Source: Candidatus Uhrbacteria bacterium (lineage in GTDB: Bacteria; Patescibacteriota; Patescibacteriia; UBA9934; GWF2-40-263). Taken from it: a stretch of 64,000 nt of DNA. This document shows positions 16,775 through 26,884 of this stretch, in pieces (within the stretch, counting starts at the first letter, position 1; each line of letters begins with the position of its first letter). The notes beneath the pieces were generated by a model. That model made no database searches, was not told the origin of the DNA, and was given only the letters and a program-made list of their open reading frames with translations. The DNA lies in assembly GCA_026395055.1 (NCBI GenBank), contig JAPLZK010000002.1:192154-256153 (forward strand), given 5' to 3'. Position numbers and translations under genes: made by a program.

Positions 16775-17548
16775 ATGGCACATATTATTTCGGTCGTAAA
16801 TCAAAAGGGGGGAGTGGGAAAGACAACAACCACTCTGAACCTTGCTGCGTATCTTGCGGAAGCGGGGAAGTTTGTTTTACTCGTAGATCTTGATCCGCAG
16901 GCAAACGCAACGTCCGGAGCAGGTATTGATCATCGCGCGTTGAATGCGGGAGTGTATGAAGCACTTGTTGGATCACATTCTGTAAAGTCTTTGATTCTTC
17001 CAACAGCTCATGAGGGGCTCAAAGTTCTTCCTGCAACAGAGGCACTCGCCGGTGCATCGGTCGAGCTTGTAAATGTGGAAGAGCGTGAACATTATTTGCG
17101 CAAAGCGCTGCTCTCCGTTCGTAATGATTACGATTACATCTTGATCGACAATCCACCATCTCTTGGAATGCTTACATTGAATGGACTTGTTGCATCCGAT
17201 TCGATTCTTATTCCAGTTCAAGCTGAATTCTACGCACTCGAAGGTCTGCGAGATTTGATGAACACGGTGAACTTGGTTCGTGCAAACCTCAAACCAAATT
17301 TGGAAATCATGGGGGCGGTCATTACCATGTACGACTCTCGCACAAAACTTTCAAAAGAAGTTTTGCAAGAATTATATCGTCACTTTCCCGATAAGATTTT
17401 TCGTTCCGTTATTCCGCGAAGCATTCGTCTTGCGGAAGCACCGTCTTTTGGAAAAACGATTCTCGGATATGATCCGCTTAGTAAAGCGGCAAAGTCGTAC
17501 GAACGACTCGCTCATGAATTTATCTTACGTGCCGAAGGCGCTCTTTAA
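16775..17548 (+). CDS. parA: chromosome partitioning ATPase ParA/Soj
   Basis: NQKGGVGKTTT, DLDPQANAT, YDYILIDNPPSLG, RLAEAPSFG. Confidence 0.96.
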   Translation: MAHIISVVNQKGGVGKTTTTLNLAAYLAEAGKFVLLVDLDPQANATSGAGIDHRALNAGVYEALVGSHSVKSLILPTAHEGLKVLPATEALAGASVELVNVEEREHYLRKALLSVRNDYDYILIDNPPSLGMLTLNGLVASDSILIPVQAEFYALEGLRDLMNTVNLVRANLKPNLEIMGAVITMYDSRTKLSKEVLQELYRHFPDKIFRSVIPRSIRLAEAPSFGKTILGYDPLSKAAKSYERLAHEFILRAEGAL

Positions 17549-17557
17549 CCGTCCGTT

Positions 17558-18418
17558 ATGAATCATCCATCTGCTCTTGGAAAAGGACTCGGGTCTTTGA
17601 TCCCACAAAAACAATCCTTAACAGAACGCATTATTCCGTCCGCACGGAAAGAGATTTTAGAGATCCCGCCGAATGATATTAAGGCGAATCCACGTCAGCC
17701 CAGATCACATTTTTCCCAAAGCGAACTCGAAGACTTGATCGCCAGCATCAAAGAACACGGAATCATGCAGCCGCTCGTTGTTACGCGATCGAACGGCGAA
17801 TACGAATTGATTGCCGGTGAACGCCGGCTCCGATCGGCAAGAGCTCTTGGACTCGAGACGGTGCCGGTGATTGTTCGAGAAGCAAACGAGCAACAGAAGC
17901 TCGAACTCGCTCTCATCGAAAACATTCAGCGCCAAGATTTGAATGCGGTGGAAGAAGCGATTGCCTACAAGGCACTCATCGATGAATTTAATTTGAAGCA
18001 AGATGAAGTCGCGCTCAGAGTCGGAAAATCCAGATCGAACGTGGCAAACATTATTCGTCTCCTCGATCTCCCGTCCGATATTCTCGACGCACTCAAAGAA
18101 GGACGTATCTCGAAGTCTCACGCGCGCACATTGCTCGCGGAGACGGACTCAAAGAAACAACATGACCTCTTCGAGCAAATGTTGAATGGGGGAGTGACGG
18201 TGAGACAAACAGAAGCGCGCGTCACAGGAATTACCACGAAGCGTTCTGTGTCTATTGGAAAAGATCCGAATATTGCCGCGCATGAAAAGAAGCTCCGCGA
18301 GATTCTTGGAACCAAAGTTGATATCACGGAGTCGAATGGAAAAGGAAAGATTGAAATTACCTTTTACTCAAGACCGGAACTCATGGACTTACTCGAATTA
18401 TTATCCGAAAAAAAATAG
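17558..18418 (+). CDS. parB: chromosome partitioning protein ParB/Spo0J
   Basis: LGKGLGSLI, QPR, IAGERR, ENIQRQDL, GKSRSNVAN HTH. Confidence 0.96.
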   Translation: MNHPSALGKGLGSLIPQKQSLTERIIPSARKEILEIPPNDIKANPRQPRSHFSQSELEDLIASIKEHGIMQPLVVTRSNGEYELIAGERRLRSARALGLETVPVIVREANEQQKLELALIENIQRQDLNAVEEAIAYKALIDEFNLKQDEVALRVGKSRSNVANIIRLLDLPSDILDALKEGRISKSHARTLLAETDSKKQHDLFEQMLNGGVTVRQTEARVTGITTKRSVSIGKDPNIAAHEKKLREILGTKVDITESNGKGKIEITFYSRPELMDLLELLSEKK

Positions 18419-18426
18419 CCCTTGGG

Positions 18427-19932
18427 CTATTTTTTCTTTTTCGATTCTTTGTCTTTTGGTTTCAACATTCCGCTCAACCAAACGCGTACTCCCGAGTTTG
18501 TGGCGTCTCGGATCTTGCTCTTTGCATGACGCGTCTTCACAAACTTGAGCCAGTCCGGATTTGGGCCTTTGCGATTTTTGTCCGTGATGATATCCACGAT
18601 ATCGCCGGAGTGTAAGGTGATGTCTAGGTTGCGCACAACGTCATTCACTTTTGCCGAGGTGCATTTGTTTCCAATCTGCGAGTGAATGGCATAAGCAAAA
18701 TCGATAGGCGTTGCTCCTTCTGGTAAATCGATCACGTCGCCCTTTGGAGTAAACACGAAGATGCGATCTTTAAACACATCGATCTTCATGATCTCGAGTT
18801 GCTCCATGAAATCTTTCTTGCTCTCCAATTCTTTTTGAATGATCATGAGTTCTTCCATCCAGCGCATGTTTTGAACGTCACGAGAACCGTCTTCTTTGTA
18901 TCTCCAGTGAGCCGCGACTCCATATTCGGAGAGTTCGTGCATTTCGCGCGTTCGGATCTGGAACTCGACGATGGTTTTATCATCCGCAAAGATGGTGGTG
19001 TGGAGCGATTGATAACCGTTTGGTTTTGGTTGGGCGATGTAATCTTTAATGCGCCCCGGAAGCGGACGCCAACGTTGGTGGATCATGCCGAGCACGGCGT
19101 AACATTCTTCTACACTTGAAACAATTACACGAATGGCGATCAGGTCGTAAATTTTTTCAATGTCATCGCCATAGCGCAACATTTTTTTATACAAGCTGTA
19201 TAAACGTTTGACGCGACCATACACTTGAAAGTTCAGAATGCGACTTTGCGCGATCAACTTTTCCGTTTGGTCAATAATACGACTCACCTGTGCTCCGCGC
19301 TCACGAACTTTCACGTCCATGATTTCTTTGACGCGTTCGAATTCTTTTGGAAGGATGTACGCGAACGCACCGTCTTCAAGTTCTCCTTTGATCTCACTCA
19401 TGCCGAGACGTCCCGCGATTGGGGCATAAATTTCGAGTGATTCGCGTGCGATGCGGAGTTGTTTATGCTTTGGTTGTCCGTAGAGCGTTTGAAGATTGTG
19501 TAGTCGATCCGCAAATTTCATGAAGACCACACGAACGTCTGAGGCCATCGCAAGAAACATTTTGCGCATGTTCTCTGCGTAGCGTTCTTCTCCGCGGTAA
19601 TTCACCGCGTGTTTGAGCTTGGTGACGCTTTCTACAAGGGTGGTGATGTCATCGCCAAATTCTGTGCGCATTTCTTCTGAGGTGATACTGGAGTCTTCTA
19701 AGACATCATGAAGCAAGCCGGCAGCGACCACATTTAAGTGCAAACCCATTTCTGCGAGTCGGTAGGCGACCGCGAGTGGATGTGAAATGTAGGGCTGGCC
19801 AGTGAGGCGAACGACCTTTGCATGCGCTTCATTTGCGCGATCAAATGCTTTACGCAACAGGGCGAGATCCGGATTTTGATAATGAGTTTTGACGAGGGTT
19901 TCAAGATCCTCGTACGTGCGTACAGTATCCAT
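18427..19932 (-). CDS. RelA/SpoT family (p)ppGpp synthetase/hydrolase (HD-SYNTH-TGS)
   Basis: HDVLED, ADRLHN, YQSLHTT, EFQIRT, AAHWRYK, VFTPKG, DFAYAIH. Confidence 0.94.
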   Translation of the reverse strand: MDTVRTYEDLETLVKTHYQNPDLALLRKAFDRANEAHAKVVRLTGQPYISHPLAVAYRLAEMGLHLNVVAAGLLHDVLEDSSITSEEMRTEFGDDITTLVESVTKLKHAVNYRGEERYAENMRKMFLAMASDVRVVFMKFADRLHNLQTLYGQPKHKQLRIARESLEIYAPIAGRLGMSEIKGELEDGAFAYILPKEFERVKEIMDVKVRERGAQVSRIIDQTEKLIAQSRILNFQVYGRVKRLYSLYKKMLRYGDDIEKIYDLIAIRVIVSSVEECYAVLGMIHQRWRPLPGRIKDYIAQPKPNGYQSLHTTIFADDKTIVEFQIRTREMHELSEYGVAAHWRYKEDGSRDVQNMRWMEELMIIQKELESKKDFMEQLEIMKIDVFKDRIFVFTPKGDVIDLPEGATPIDFAYAIHSQIGNKCTSAKVNDVVRNLDITLHSGDIVDIITDKNRKGPNPDWLKFVKTRHAKSKIRDATNSGVRVWLSGMLKPKDKESKKKK

Positions 19933-20036
19933 AGAGTGCCTTTCCAAGATACCCCGTGAATGTATTCATGTAAAGATTTTTTTTGGACAAAAGGGATTCT
20001 CTGTGCCAAAATAAAGGAACATTTTACGTATCAACT

Positions 20037-21185
20037 ATGTCCGAACCATTTGATGACGAAAGACCACGTTATGAACGGGGAAAAAAAGCTCCAGACGTTG
20101 TTGTGGTTGAACGAGATATCACTCCTGATGATGAATTAGAAGACGATTTAGATGTGGAAGATGAATACACCTTAGAAAAAAAAGCCGAGATCCTGCGTAA
20201 TGATGAAGAGGCAAGAAGACTTCGTCGTCATGCGGAAATGATCGAAGAAGATCGAGATGCATCGGATGCGCTCCGAGAAGAAATGGATACCCTGTACCCA
20301 TCCGTCCCCCCAGAAGTAGATCAAGGGATCGGTGGGCCCGTTGAGCGTAATACTTGGTGGGCCGCACGAACGTTTGGTGCCATGCGAACAGAAGCGGGAA
20401 TCGTTTCTATTCCAAAATGGTTGGGATACAAAGGAAGCAGCATCTTAACAAGCATAGAAACGTGGGGAAAAGATGCAATGAAAAAAAATTCTCCCTGGAT
20501 CGGAAAGGTTCCTGTTGTTGGGACCTGGCTTTTAAGCGATGTAAAAAAGTCTTGGGAAGAGCGTGACAAAGAAGACAAGAAAAAGAAAGAGGGAGACGAA
20601 AAGAAAAATAAGGGTGATAAAGAAAAAGCAAAGAAGGCGGATGAGAAGAAGAAGAAAGATTCTGAAGCGGCATTGAAAAAGTCTCAAGATGTGGCAGGAA
20701 AAAAAACGCAGGCGCAAGATAAGATTGATGACGGGGTGCGTCAGCGTCATGAATTAGAACTCTCAAACTTCATCATGTCGCCAAAAGAGAAATATGATTT
20801 TCTGAATGGAGATGATGATACAAAAAAAGCGATCTTAGAAAAAGCAGAAGCAGAATATCCCGCCTATCAAGAAAGACAAAAAGAACGTGTACGAGAGGAG
20901 ATGCTTACATATTACATGAGCGTTGAAGAGAAGGATTTCATGAGTAAGCCCGTTGCGTACGATGGGGATTTAAAAACACTTCCGGATGACGAACGGGAGG
21001 TGGTTTTAAAGGAGTTGGCTAAATGGAGAGCAGATCGAGTGGCACTTTTGAATGATGTGGAAAACCAAACACATCTTCCGTGGCGTCAGCAGCTTGCAGA
21101 GGAAAGAAGAACATTTCAAAAACCAAAGGCGCCAGGAGGTGGAGGAAAAGGAAAGGGAAAAGGAAAGGGGGGTGGTCGGTCGTAA
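20037..21185 (+). CDS. hypothetical highly charged low-complexity protein
   Basis: Long ORF with E/D- and K-rich tracts, GK-repeat C-terminus. Confidence 0.75.
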   Translation: MSEPFDDERPRYERGKKAPDVVVVERDITPDDELEDDLDVEDEYTLEKKAEILRNDEEARRLRRHAEMIEEDRDASDALREEMDTLYPSVPPEVDQGIGGPVERNTWWAARTFGAMRTEAGIVSIPKWLGYKGSSILTSIETWGKDAMKKNSPWIGKVPVVGTWLLSDVKKSWEERDKEDKKKKEGDEKKNKGDKEKAKKADEKKKKDSEAALKKSQDVAGKKTQAQDKIDDGVRQRHELELSNFIMSPKEKYDFLNGDDDTKKAILEKAEAEYPAYQERQKERVREEMLTYYMSVEEKDFMSKPVAYDGDLKTLPDDEREVVLKELAKWRADRVALLNDVENQTHLPWRQQLAEERRTFQKPKAPGGGGKGKGKGKGGGRS

Positions 21186-21198
21186 ACAAAAACTCAGG

Positions 21199-23508
21199 CT
21201 ATTCAGCCTGAGTTTTTTTTGGCGCGCGTTTGCCAAACTTTTTGACAGGTGCGGCGCGTTTCTTTATGAGAATGTCTACTGCCTCATCGTGCGTAAGTGT
21301 GAGTGGATCTACAAGCTTCCCAAGAGAAGCGTTTGTTTTTCCGTCTGTCACATACGCGCCGAATCTTCCGGTGCGGACGATGATGGGGGTTTTTGTTGTT
21401 GGGTCTTCTCCCAGTTCTGCGAGCGGACGTGCGGAGATTTCTTTGAGAGCAATCAATTCTTCTGCTTGATCGAACGTAATTGACAAAGGATCAAAAGGTT
21501 CTTTCAACGAAGCATACAATTTTCCATCTGTCACGTAGGGGCCAAATCGTCCGACAGCCGCTTTGAGGGTTTTACCTTCTTTGTTCACACCGAGTGTTCT
21601 TGGAAGTTCAAGACACTTGAGTGCTTCTTCAAGCGTAAGCGACTCAATGTTCATCCCCTTTAGAATCGAGGCGCTCTTTGGCTTGTTCACTTTCGCCTTT
21701 TGATCTTCCTTGCTCCAAGGACCGATCTGAACGAACGCGCCGTAGCGGCCGGTCTTTGCAATAATGTCCTGTCCAGAGACAGGATCCTTTCCGAGGATGC
21801 GGTCTGGCATCACGTCATCGCGCGTGAGGGTTTTGTTTTTATCGACAAGGTTTTGATGGAACGGTTTGTAGAATTGCGCGAGCATTGGACCGAATTCCAG
21901 TTTGCCATCCGCAACGTCGTCGAGTTCTCCTTCAAGTTTTGCTGTGAAGGTGTAGTCGACGATTTGCGGGAAGTGCGCGACGAGAAGATCGGATACGATC
22001 ATGGCAATGTCCGTCGGCGCAAGTTTTTTGTTGTCATCTCTTTCGACATAGCCGCGATCGATAATCGTGCTGATCGTCGGTGCGTATGTGGATGGTCGAC
22101 CGATTCCGTATTCTTCGAGAACCTTAACGAGTGTCGCGTCAGAATATCGTGCTGGTGGCTCGGTAAAGTGCTGGATTGGTTCGATGGATTTCGATGCGAC
22201 CGTGTCACCCTGTTTCACATCCGGTAGAAACTTTTCTTTTGTCGCCTGATAGATTTTGGTGTATCCGTCAAAAACGATGCTTGATCCGTTCGCACGGAAA
22301 ATATGCTTCTCAACATCCATATCCACACGCACTTGGTTTACACGTGCGTTCGGCATCTGAGAGGCAATCGTGCGTCGCCAGATGAGATCGTAGAGTTTCC
22401 AGAGGCGTGGTTCGAGGTCTGCTCGAATAGATTCTGGAGTTGTTGCTGGGTCTGTTGGACGAATCGCTTCGTGAGCTTCCTGTGCGCCTTTCTTGTTTGT
22501 TTTATATTTTTTGGATCCAGTTGCGTATTCCTTTCCAAATTCTGATGCGAGGAATAGTTGTGTTTCATCCAGAAATTTATCTGCCAAGTTTACGGAGTCT
22601 GTACGCATGTAGGTAATGCGACCCGTTTCATAGAGTTGCTGCGCGAGCGTCATCGTTTGCTTTGCGCTCATGCCGAGTTTGTTGTTGGCATCAATCTGTA
22701 AGCTTGAAGTGGTAAACGGTTGTGGTGGTGCTTTTGAAACTTCTTTCTTTACAACGTCTACAACCGTGAGTGGTTTGCCTGTGACAGCGTCTACGATTGC
22801 GCGTGCTTGTTTCTCGTTTCTGATTTCGAGTTTGTCACCTGCATCCTCTGAACCTCCGACGGCAATCTTTTGTCCGTTCACTTCGACGAGCTTTGCAGGA
22901 AAATCCATTCCGAGTTTTTCACACACTGCCTCGATCGACCAATACTCTTCGATCTTAAACGCCATGCGTTCGCGTTCGCGCTCTACAACAAGGCGCATCG
23001 CGACGGATTGCACACGACCTGCGGAGAGTCCTCGACGAACTTTGTTCCAAAGAAATGGAGAGAGTTCGTAACCAACCAAACGGTCGAGGATACGGCGAGC
23101 TTGCTGTGCGTCTACGAGGTTCTGGTCGATTGAGCGTGGATTCTCGAGAGCTTTCTCAATGGCAGTCTTTGTAATTTCGTGAAAGGTAATGCGCTTTGCT
23201 TTTGCTGGATCAATCCCGAGAACCTCGGCGACGTGCCAAGAAATCGCTTCTCCTTCTCTATCTTCATCGGACGCGAAGAGGACTTCACTTGCGTCTTTTG
23301 CCGCCTTCTTTAATTCCGTTACATGCGGTTTGCTGTTTGGGGGGACGATGTAGGTTGGCTTGAAATTGTTTTCAACATCAACACCAATTTCTTTTGTCGG
23401 CAAATCACGAACATGACCAAACGAAGAAAGAACGCGATACTCGCGCCCTAAAAATTTGGTGATCGTTTTTGCTTTCGTTGGAGACTCAACAATGATGAGT
23501 TTGTGCAT
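21199..23508 (-). CDS. topA: DNA topoisomerase I
   Basis: IVESPTKAKTI, DEDREGE, SAGRVQS, ITYMRTDS, AHEAIRPT, GIGRPSTY, C-terminal GRFG repeats. Confidence 0.98.
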   Translation of the reverse strand: MHKLIIVESPTKAKTITKFLGREYRVLSSFGHVRDLPTKEIGVDVENNFKPTYIVPPNSKPHVTELKKAAKDASEVLFASDEDREGEAISWHVAEVLGIDPAKAKRITFHEITKTAIEKALENPRSIDQNLVDAQQARRILDRLVGYELSPFLWNKVRRGLSAGRVQSVAMRLVVERERERMAFKIEEYWSIEAVCEKLGMDFPAKLVEVNGQKIAVGGSEDAGDKLEIRNEKQARAIVDAVTGKPLTVVDVVKKEVSKAPPQPFTTSSLQIDANNKLGMSAKQTMTLAQQLYETGRITYMRTDSVNLADKFLDETQLFLASEFGKEYATGSKKYKTNKKGAQEAHEAIRPTDPATTPESIRADLEPRLWKLYDLIWRRTIASQMPNARVNQVRVDMDVEKHIFRANGSSIVFDGYTKIYQATKEKFLPDVKQGDTVASKSIEPIQHFTEPPARYSDATLVKVLEEYGIGRPSTYAPTISTIIDRGYVERDDNKKLAPTDIAMIVSDLLVAHFPQIVDYTFTAKLEGELDDVADGKLEFGPMLAQFYKPFHQNLVDKNKTLTRDDVMPDRILGKDPVSGQDIIAKTGRYGAFVQIGPWSKEDQKAKVNKPKSASILKGMNIESLTLEEALKCLELPRTLGVNKEGKTLKAAVGRFGPYVTDGKLYASLKEPFDPLSITFDQAEELIALKEISARPLAELGEDPTTKTPIIVRTGRFGAYVTDGKTNASLGKLVDPLTLTHDEAVDILIKKRAAPVKKFGKRAPKKTQAE

Positions 23509-23514
23509 GCATTT

Positions 23515-23600
23515 TTGTCATTGCGAGGAGTTCGACGACGAAGCAATCTTTAGACATATCCTGTTTAGAAAAGATTGCTTCGCTTCCCTCGCAATGACAA
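23515..23600. repeat. REP/RPE-like palindromic element
   Basis: TTGTCATTGCGAGG/CCTCGCAATGACAA outer arms, CGAAGCAATCTT/AAGATTGCTTCG inner arms. Confidence 0.8.
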
Positions 23601-23657
23601 TTAGTATTCAATAATGAATTGAAAATACGTGAATCGAACCGTTTCGTCAACTTGTCG

Positions 23658-24812
23658 CTATTTTTGCCGCGTATAATAACGTCCGCCTTCGTGTTTGATA
23701 ATTCCTTTCATCTCAAGCAACGTGAGTGTGCTTCCAAGCGTGTCGATGGGAAGGAGTGTTGCGTGCGCAACTTCGTCTACGTGCACTGGGTCACGTGCGA
23801 GTTGTTCAAGAATGAGACGTTCCGTTTCAGAACGAGGTTGGTATGCAAACACAACCCCTCCCAACCTCCCCTTTGCAGGGGAGGAGTTTGTGCGTGCTTC
23901 TCGAGAAGCCCCTCCTGCAAAGGAGGGGTTGGGGGAGGTTTCGGGCCCAAGCATATCTTCCGTACACGTAACAGGAATCGCGCCCATCTTAATGAGATTA
24001 TTCGGCCCCTCACTCATTTCAGAGTCAATGTCGCCCGGTATTGCGTAAACGTCTCGGCCTCCTTCTAGTGCAGCGCGTGCGGTGATGAGTGAACCAGATT
24101 TTTGTGCGGCCTCGATGACAAGTGTTCCGTGCGCGAGTCCGGCAATGATTCTGTTTCTGAGAGGGAAGTGAAATGGCATAGGGAGAGTGCCCACCGGAAA
24201 TTCTGAAACAATGGCTCCACCATGCGCAAGAATTTGTGAAGCAATGTGCCTGTTGCCTGCAGGATAAATGGATGCAGTATCTACCCCTGAACCCAAAACG
24301 GCAATCGTAGTTCCGCCGTGCGTGAGCGTTGATTCATGCGCGAGCGCATCAATGCCGTACGCAAGTCCGCTCACAATGACGACACCAGATTCTGCAAGAG
24401 ATCCAACAATGCGTCCACCAACACGTAATCCGTATTTACTTGGGTTACGCGTTCCGACAACAGAGATGTGTTTACGAGATGGATCTGGAAGTGTTCCACG
24501 AAAAAACAGAATGGGTGGGGGATCGTAAATTTTTGAAAGGAGTGGGGGGTATTCTGGATCGCGACGCGTAACAGCGGATACATCCGCTTCAAGAAGTTTT
24601 TCTAGTTCTTGGTCTGGACTGATGTGTAAACGCGTTTGTAAAAAATGATTCGCAAGGTTTGCATCAAAGCCGGCTTCCAGTAAATCCATGACCGATGCCG
24701 AAAACGCGCGTTCCATGTTTGGAAACGCGCGGTATAATTTTCCGATACGTGCAGATCCAAAGTTTGGAACGCGCGCAAGAGCTAACCAATATTTTAAATC
24801 TGCTTGTGGCAT
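23658..24812 (-). CDS. dprA: DNA processing protein DprA
   Basis: VVGTR, IVSGLAYGID, AVLGSG, FPLRNRIIAG, SGSLITA, C-terminal winged helix. Confidence 0.96.
   Translation of the reverse strand: MPQADLKYWLALARVPNFGSARIGKLYRAFPNMERAFSASVMDLLEAGFDANLANHFLQTRLHISPDQELEKLLEADVSAVTRRDPEYPPLLSKIYDPPPILFFRGTLPDPSRKHISVVGTRNPSKYGLRVGGRIVGSLAESGVVIVSGLAYGIDALAHESTLTHGGTTIAVLGSGVDTASIYPAGNRHIASQILAHGGAIVSEFPVGTLPMPFHFPLRNRIIAGLAHGTLVIEAAQKSGSLITARAALEGGRDVYAIPGDIDSEMSEGPNNLIKMGAIPVTCTEDMLGPETSPNPSFAGGASREARTNSSPAKGRLGGVVFAYQPRSETERLILEQLARDPVHVDEVAHATLLPIDTLGSTLTLLEMKGIIKHEGGRYYTRQK
23854..23940. repeat. palindromic element inserted in-frame in dprA
   Basis: CCTCCCAACCTCCCCTTTGCAGG ... CCTGCAAAGGAGGGGTTGGGGGAGG; related half copy at 54985-55018. 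Confidence 0.8.
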
Positions 24813-24817
24813 GCGTG

Positions 24818-25360
24818 TTAGGACAATGGGTTTGGGGTGGATGTTATTTTTTCGTGAACTTTGACAATTGTTTGGCTTATCATTTCTGGTAATTTCTTCG
24901 CTTCTTCACTTGTCCATTTTTGTAAGACGAACACATCAAGCGGAACATCTGCGTGCGCAGGGCGACCGATTCCAATACGAATGCGTGCGATGGCCGTTCC
25001 TTTTGGAAATGCATCAATGATGGATTGCATGCCGTTGTGTCCGGCTGAAGATCCGCCTTGTTTAAATTTCACATCTCCAAATGGAATGTCTGCGTCATCA
25101 TAAATCACCAAAATATCTGAAGCGTTGCATTTGTGTTTTGCAAGAAATGCTTTGACGGATCTTCCGCTTACATTCATGAACGTTTGTGGTTTCATGAGTG
25201 CGATGTTATCCATCTCTGCAACCTCTGCTTCAAAGGAGGTTTTATTTTTAAACGTCGCGTTTAATTGACGTGCGAGTTCGTCGACAACCAAAAACCCCAC
25301 GTTGTGGCGCGTCTGTTCATATTTCTTTCCAGGATTTCCAAGACCAACAATGAGATGCAT
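24818..25360 (-). CDS. pth: peptidyl-tRNA hydrolase
   Basis: LIVGLGNPG, TRHNVGF, KPQTFMNVSG, GHNG, RIRIGIGRP. Confidence 0.96.
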   Translation of the reverse strand: MHLIVGLGNPGKKYEQTRHNVGFLVVDELARQLNATFKNKTSFEAEVAEMDNIALMKPQTFMNVSGRSVKAFLAKHKCNASDILVIYDDADIPFGDVKFKQGGSSAGHNGMQSIIDAFPKGTAIARIRIGIGRPAHADVPLDVFVLQKWTSEEAKKLPEMISQTIVKVHEKITSTPNPLS

Positions 25361-25495
25361 ATGGGAGGATTATGCCACAGAAGGTCGAAGGATTCAAAAA
25401 TCCAGTGCGTTTGCACTGGATTTTGAAGATCCTTCCTCCTCGATGACTCGTTGTCAGGATAACGTGGCGGAGAGAAAAAATTGTTGATTGCCACG

Positions 25496-26863
25496 TTACT
25501 TTGAAACCGCCGTTGCGATTCTGACTTTGATGTTGATCGGAGTTCCTTTGAAGTCGTGGAGTTCACGCAAGCGGTTCTCGATGAATCGGAGATAACTTGG
25601 GTGAAGAGCGTCTGTGCGCTGAGCTTTGAGCGTAAGATCGAACTTCGGTGGTTTTGTAGAGACTTGTTTGAGCCCCATAACCTTTGGTGGATTTTTTCCT
25701 TTTCCAAGAGAAGGAAGGTGAGTGCGAAGGGCTTCGCGCAAGAAGCCGTCGAGTTCTTTCATGTCGAGTTCGATGCTGCGATTGTGACCAACATCATCAA
25801 TCATTTTGAAGATGGTATTTGTGCGTTGCTTTGTTTTTGCACTCACGAACATGACGGGAGCCCATGTAATGAACGGCAATTCTCCCAAGAGATATTTGCG
25901 ATACTCATTCATGGTTCGAACATCTTTGTCGGGCACGAGATCCCATTTGTTTACGATGATGATGACACCCGCTCCAGAGTCTCCCAAAATTCCGGCAAGA
26001 TGTTTTTCCTGTGACCCGATTGGCTCTGTTGCGTCCAAGACGAGAAGGGAGACGTCCGACTGACGGATCACCCATTCGTTTTTATCGACAGCCATTTTTT
26101 CGAGACCGCCAGATTGATTGATTCTTGCGTGTTTGCGCATTCCGGCTGTGTCGTAGATCAAATAGTTTTTGTCACCAATGTGGAGTAGGACATCGTTTGG
26201 TTCGCGTGTTGTGTGCGCGATTGAGCTTGTAATGAATCGGTCTGTCCCAAGAAGGGCGTTCAACAACGTGGACTTTCCTACGTTTGGTTTTCCGATGACG
26301 GCAACACGTGTCGCATTGAGTTCCTTATAATCAACCGGATGCTTTCCAATTTCATTTAATTTTTCGTATACGAGGTCGAGCAGATCTCCGACTCCAGAAC
26401 CTTGCGTAGCCGATACAGCGATTGGGGCAGGGAGTCCGCGGAGTCTCCAGTCTGGTTGGTGCGCTCGTCTGCGTTCAATGGCTTTTTCTGCTTTATTTCC
26501 GACAACGATAATGGGAGTTTTTGTTTTCCAAAGTTTGCTTGCAAGTTCAAGGTCTGAAGGAAGTGGGGGATTTTTTAAATCAACAACGAACAAAATAATG
26601 TCCGCTTCTTTCATGGCAAGTTCAGACTGAAGCAAAATGTTTTTTTCGATTTCGTCACGTTTGTTTACGTCTAATCCTCCGGTGTCTACAACGCGAATGG
26701 TTTTTCCACGCCACAAACACTCGCCATCATTACGATCACGCGTGGTACCAGCGGTTGCAGATACAAGGGCTTTAGATTGTTCAATCATGCGATTGAACAA
26801 AGTGGATTTACCAACGTTTGTGCGACCAATGAGCGCGACGGTTGGAAGATTATTGGAGGTCAT
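25496..26863 (-). CDS. der: ribosome biogenesis GTPase Der/EngA
   Basis: Two G domains: GRTNVGKS/DTGG/NKAE and GKPNVGKS/DTAG/NKWD. Confidence 0.96.
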   Translation of the reverse strand: MTSNNLPTVALIGRTNVGKSTLFNRMIEQSKALVSATAGTTRDRNDGECLWRGKTIRVVDTGGLDVNKRDEIEKNILLQSELAMKEADIILFVVDLKNPPLPSDLELASKLWKTKTPIIVVGNKAEKAIERRRAHQPDWRLRGLPAPIAVSATQGSGVGDLLDLVYEKLNEIGKHPVDYKELNATRVAVIGKPNVGKSTLLNALLGTDRFITSSIAHTTREPNDVLLHIGDKNYLIYDTAGMRKHARINQSGGLEKMAVDKNEWVIRQSDVSLLVLDATEPIGSQEKHLAGILGDSGAGVIIIVNKWDLVPDKDVRTMNEYRKYLLGELPFITWAPVMFVSAKTKQRTNTIFKMIDDVGHNRSIELDMKELDGFLREALRTHLPSLGKGKNPPKVMGLKQVSTKPPKFDLTLKAQRTDALHPSYLRFIENRLRELHDFKGTPINIKVRIATAVSK

Positions 26864-26884
26864 AGGACTTTGCCTTTGTGTGAT

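Noticed and set aside
16660-18430. parS site or replication origin near parAB
   Set aside because: No TGTTTCACGTGAAACA-like palindrome and no DnaA-box cluster seen.
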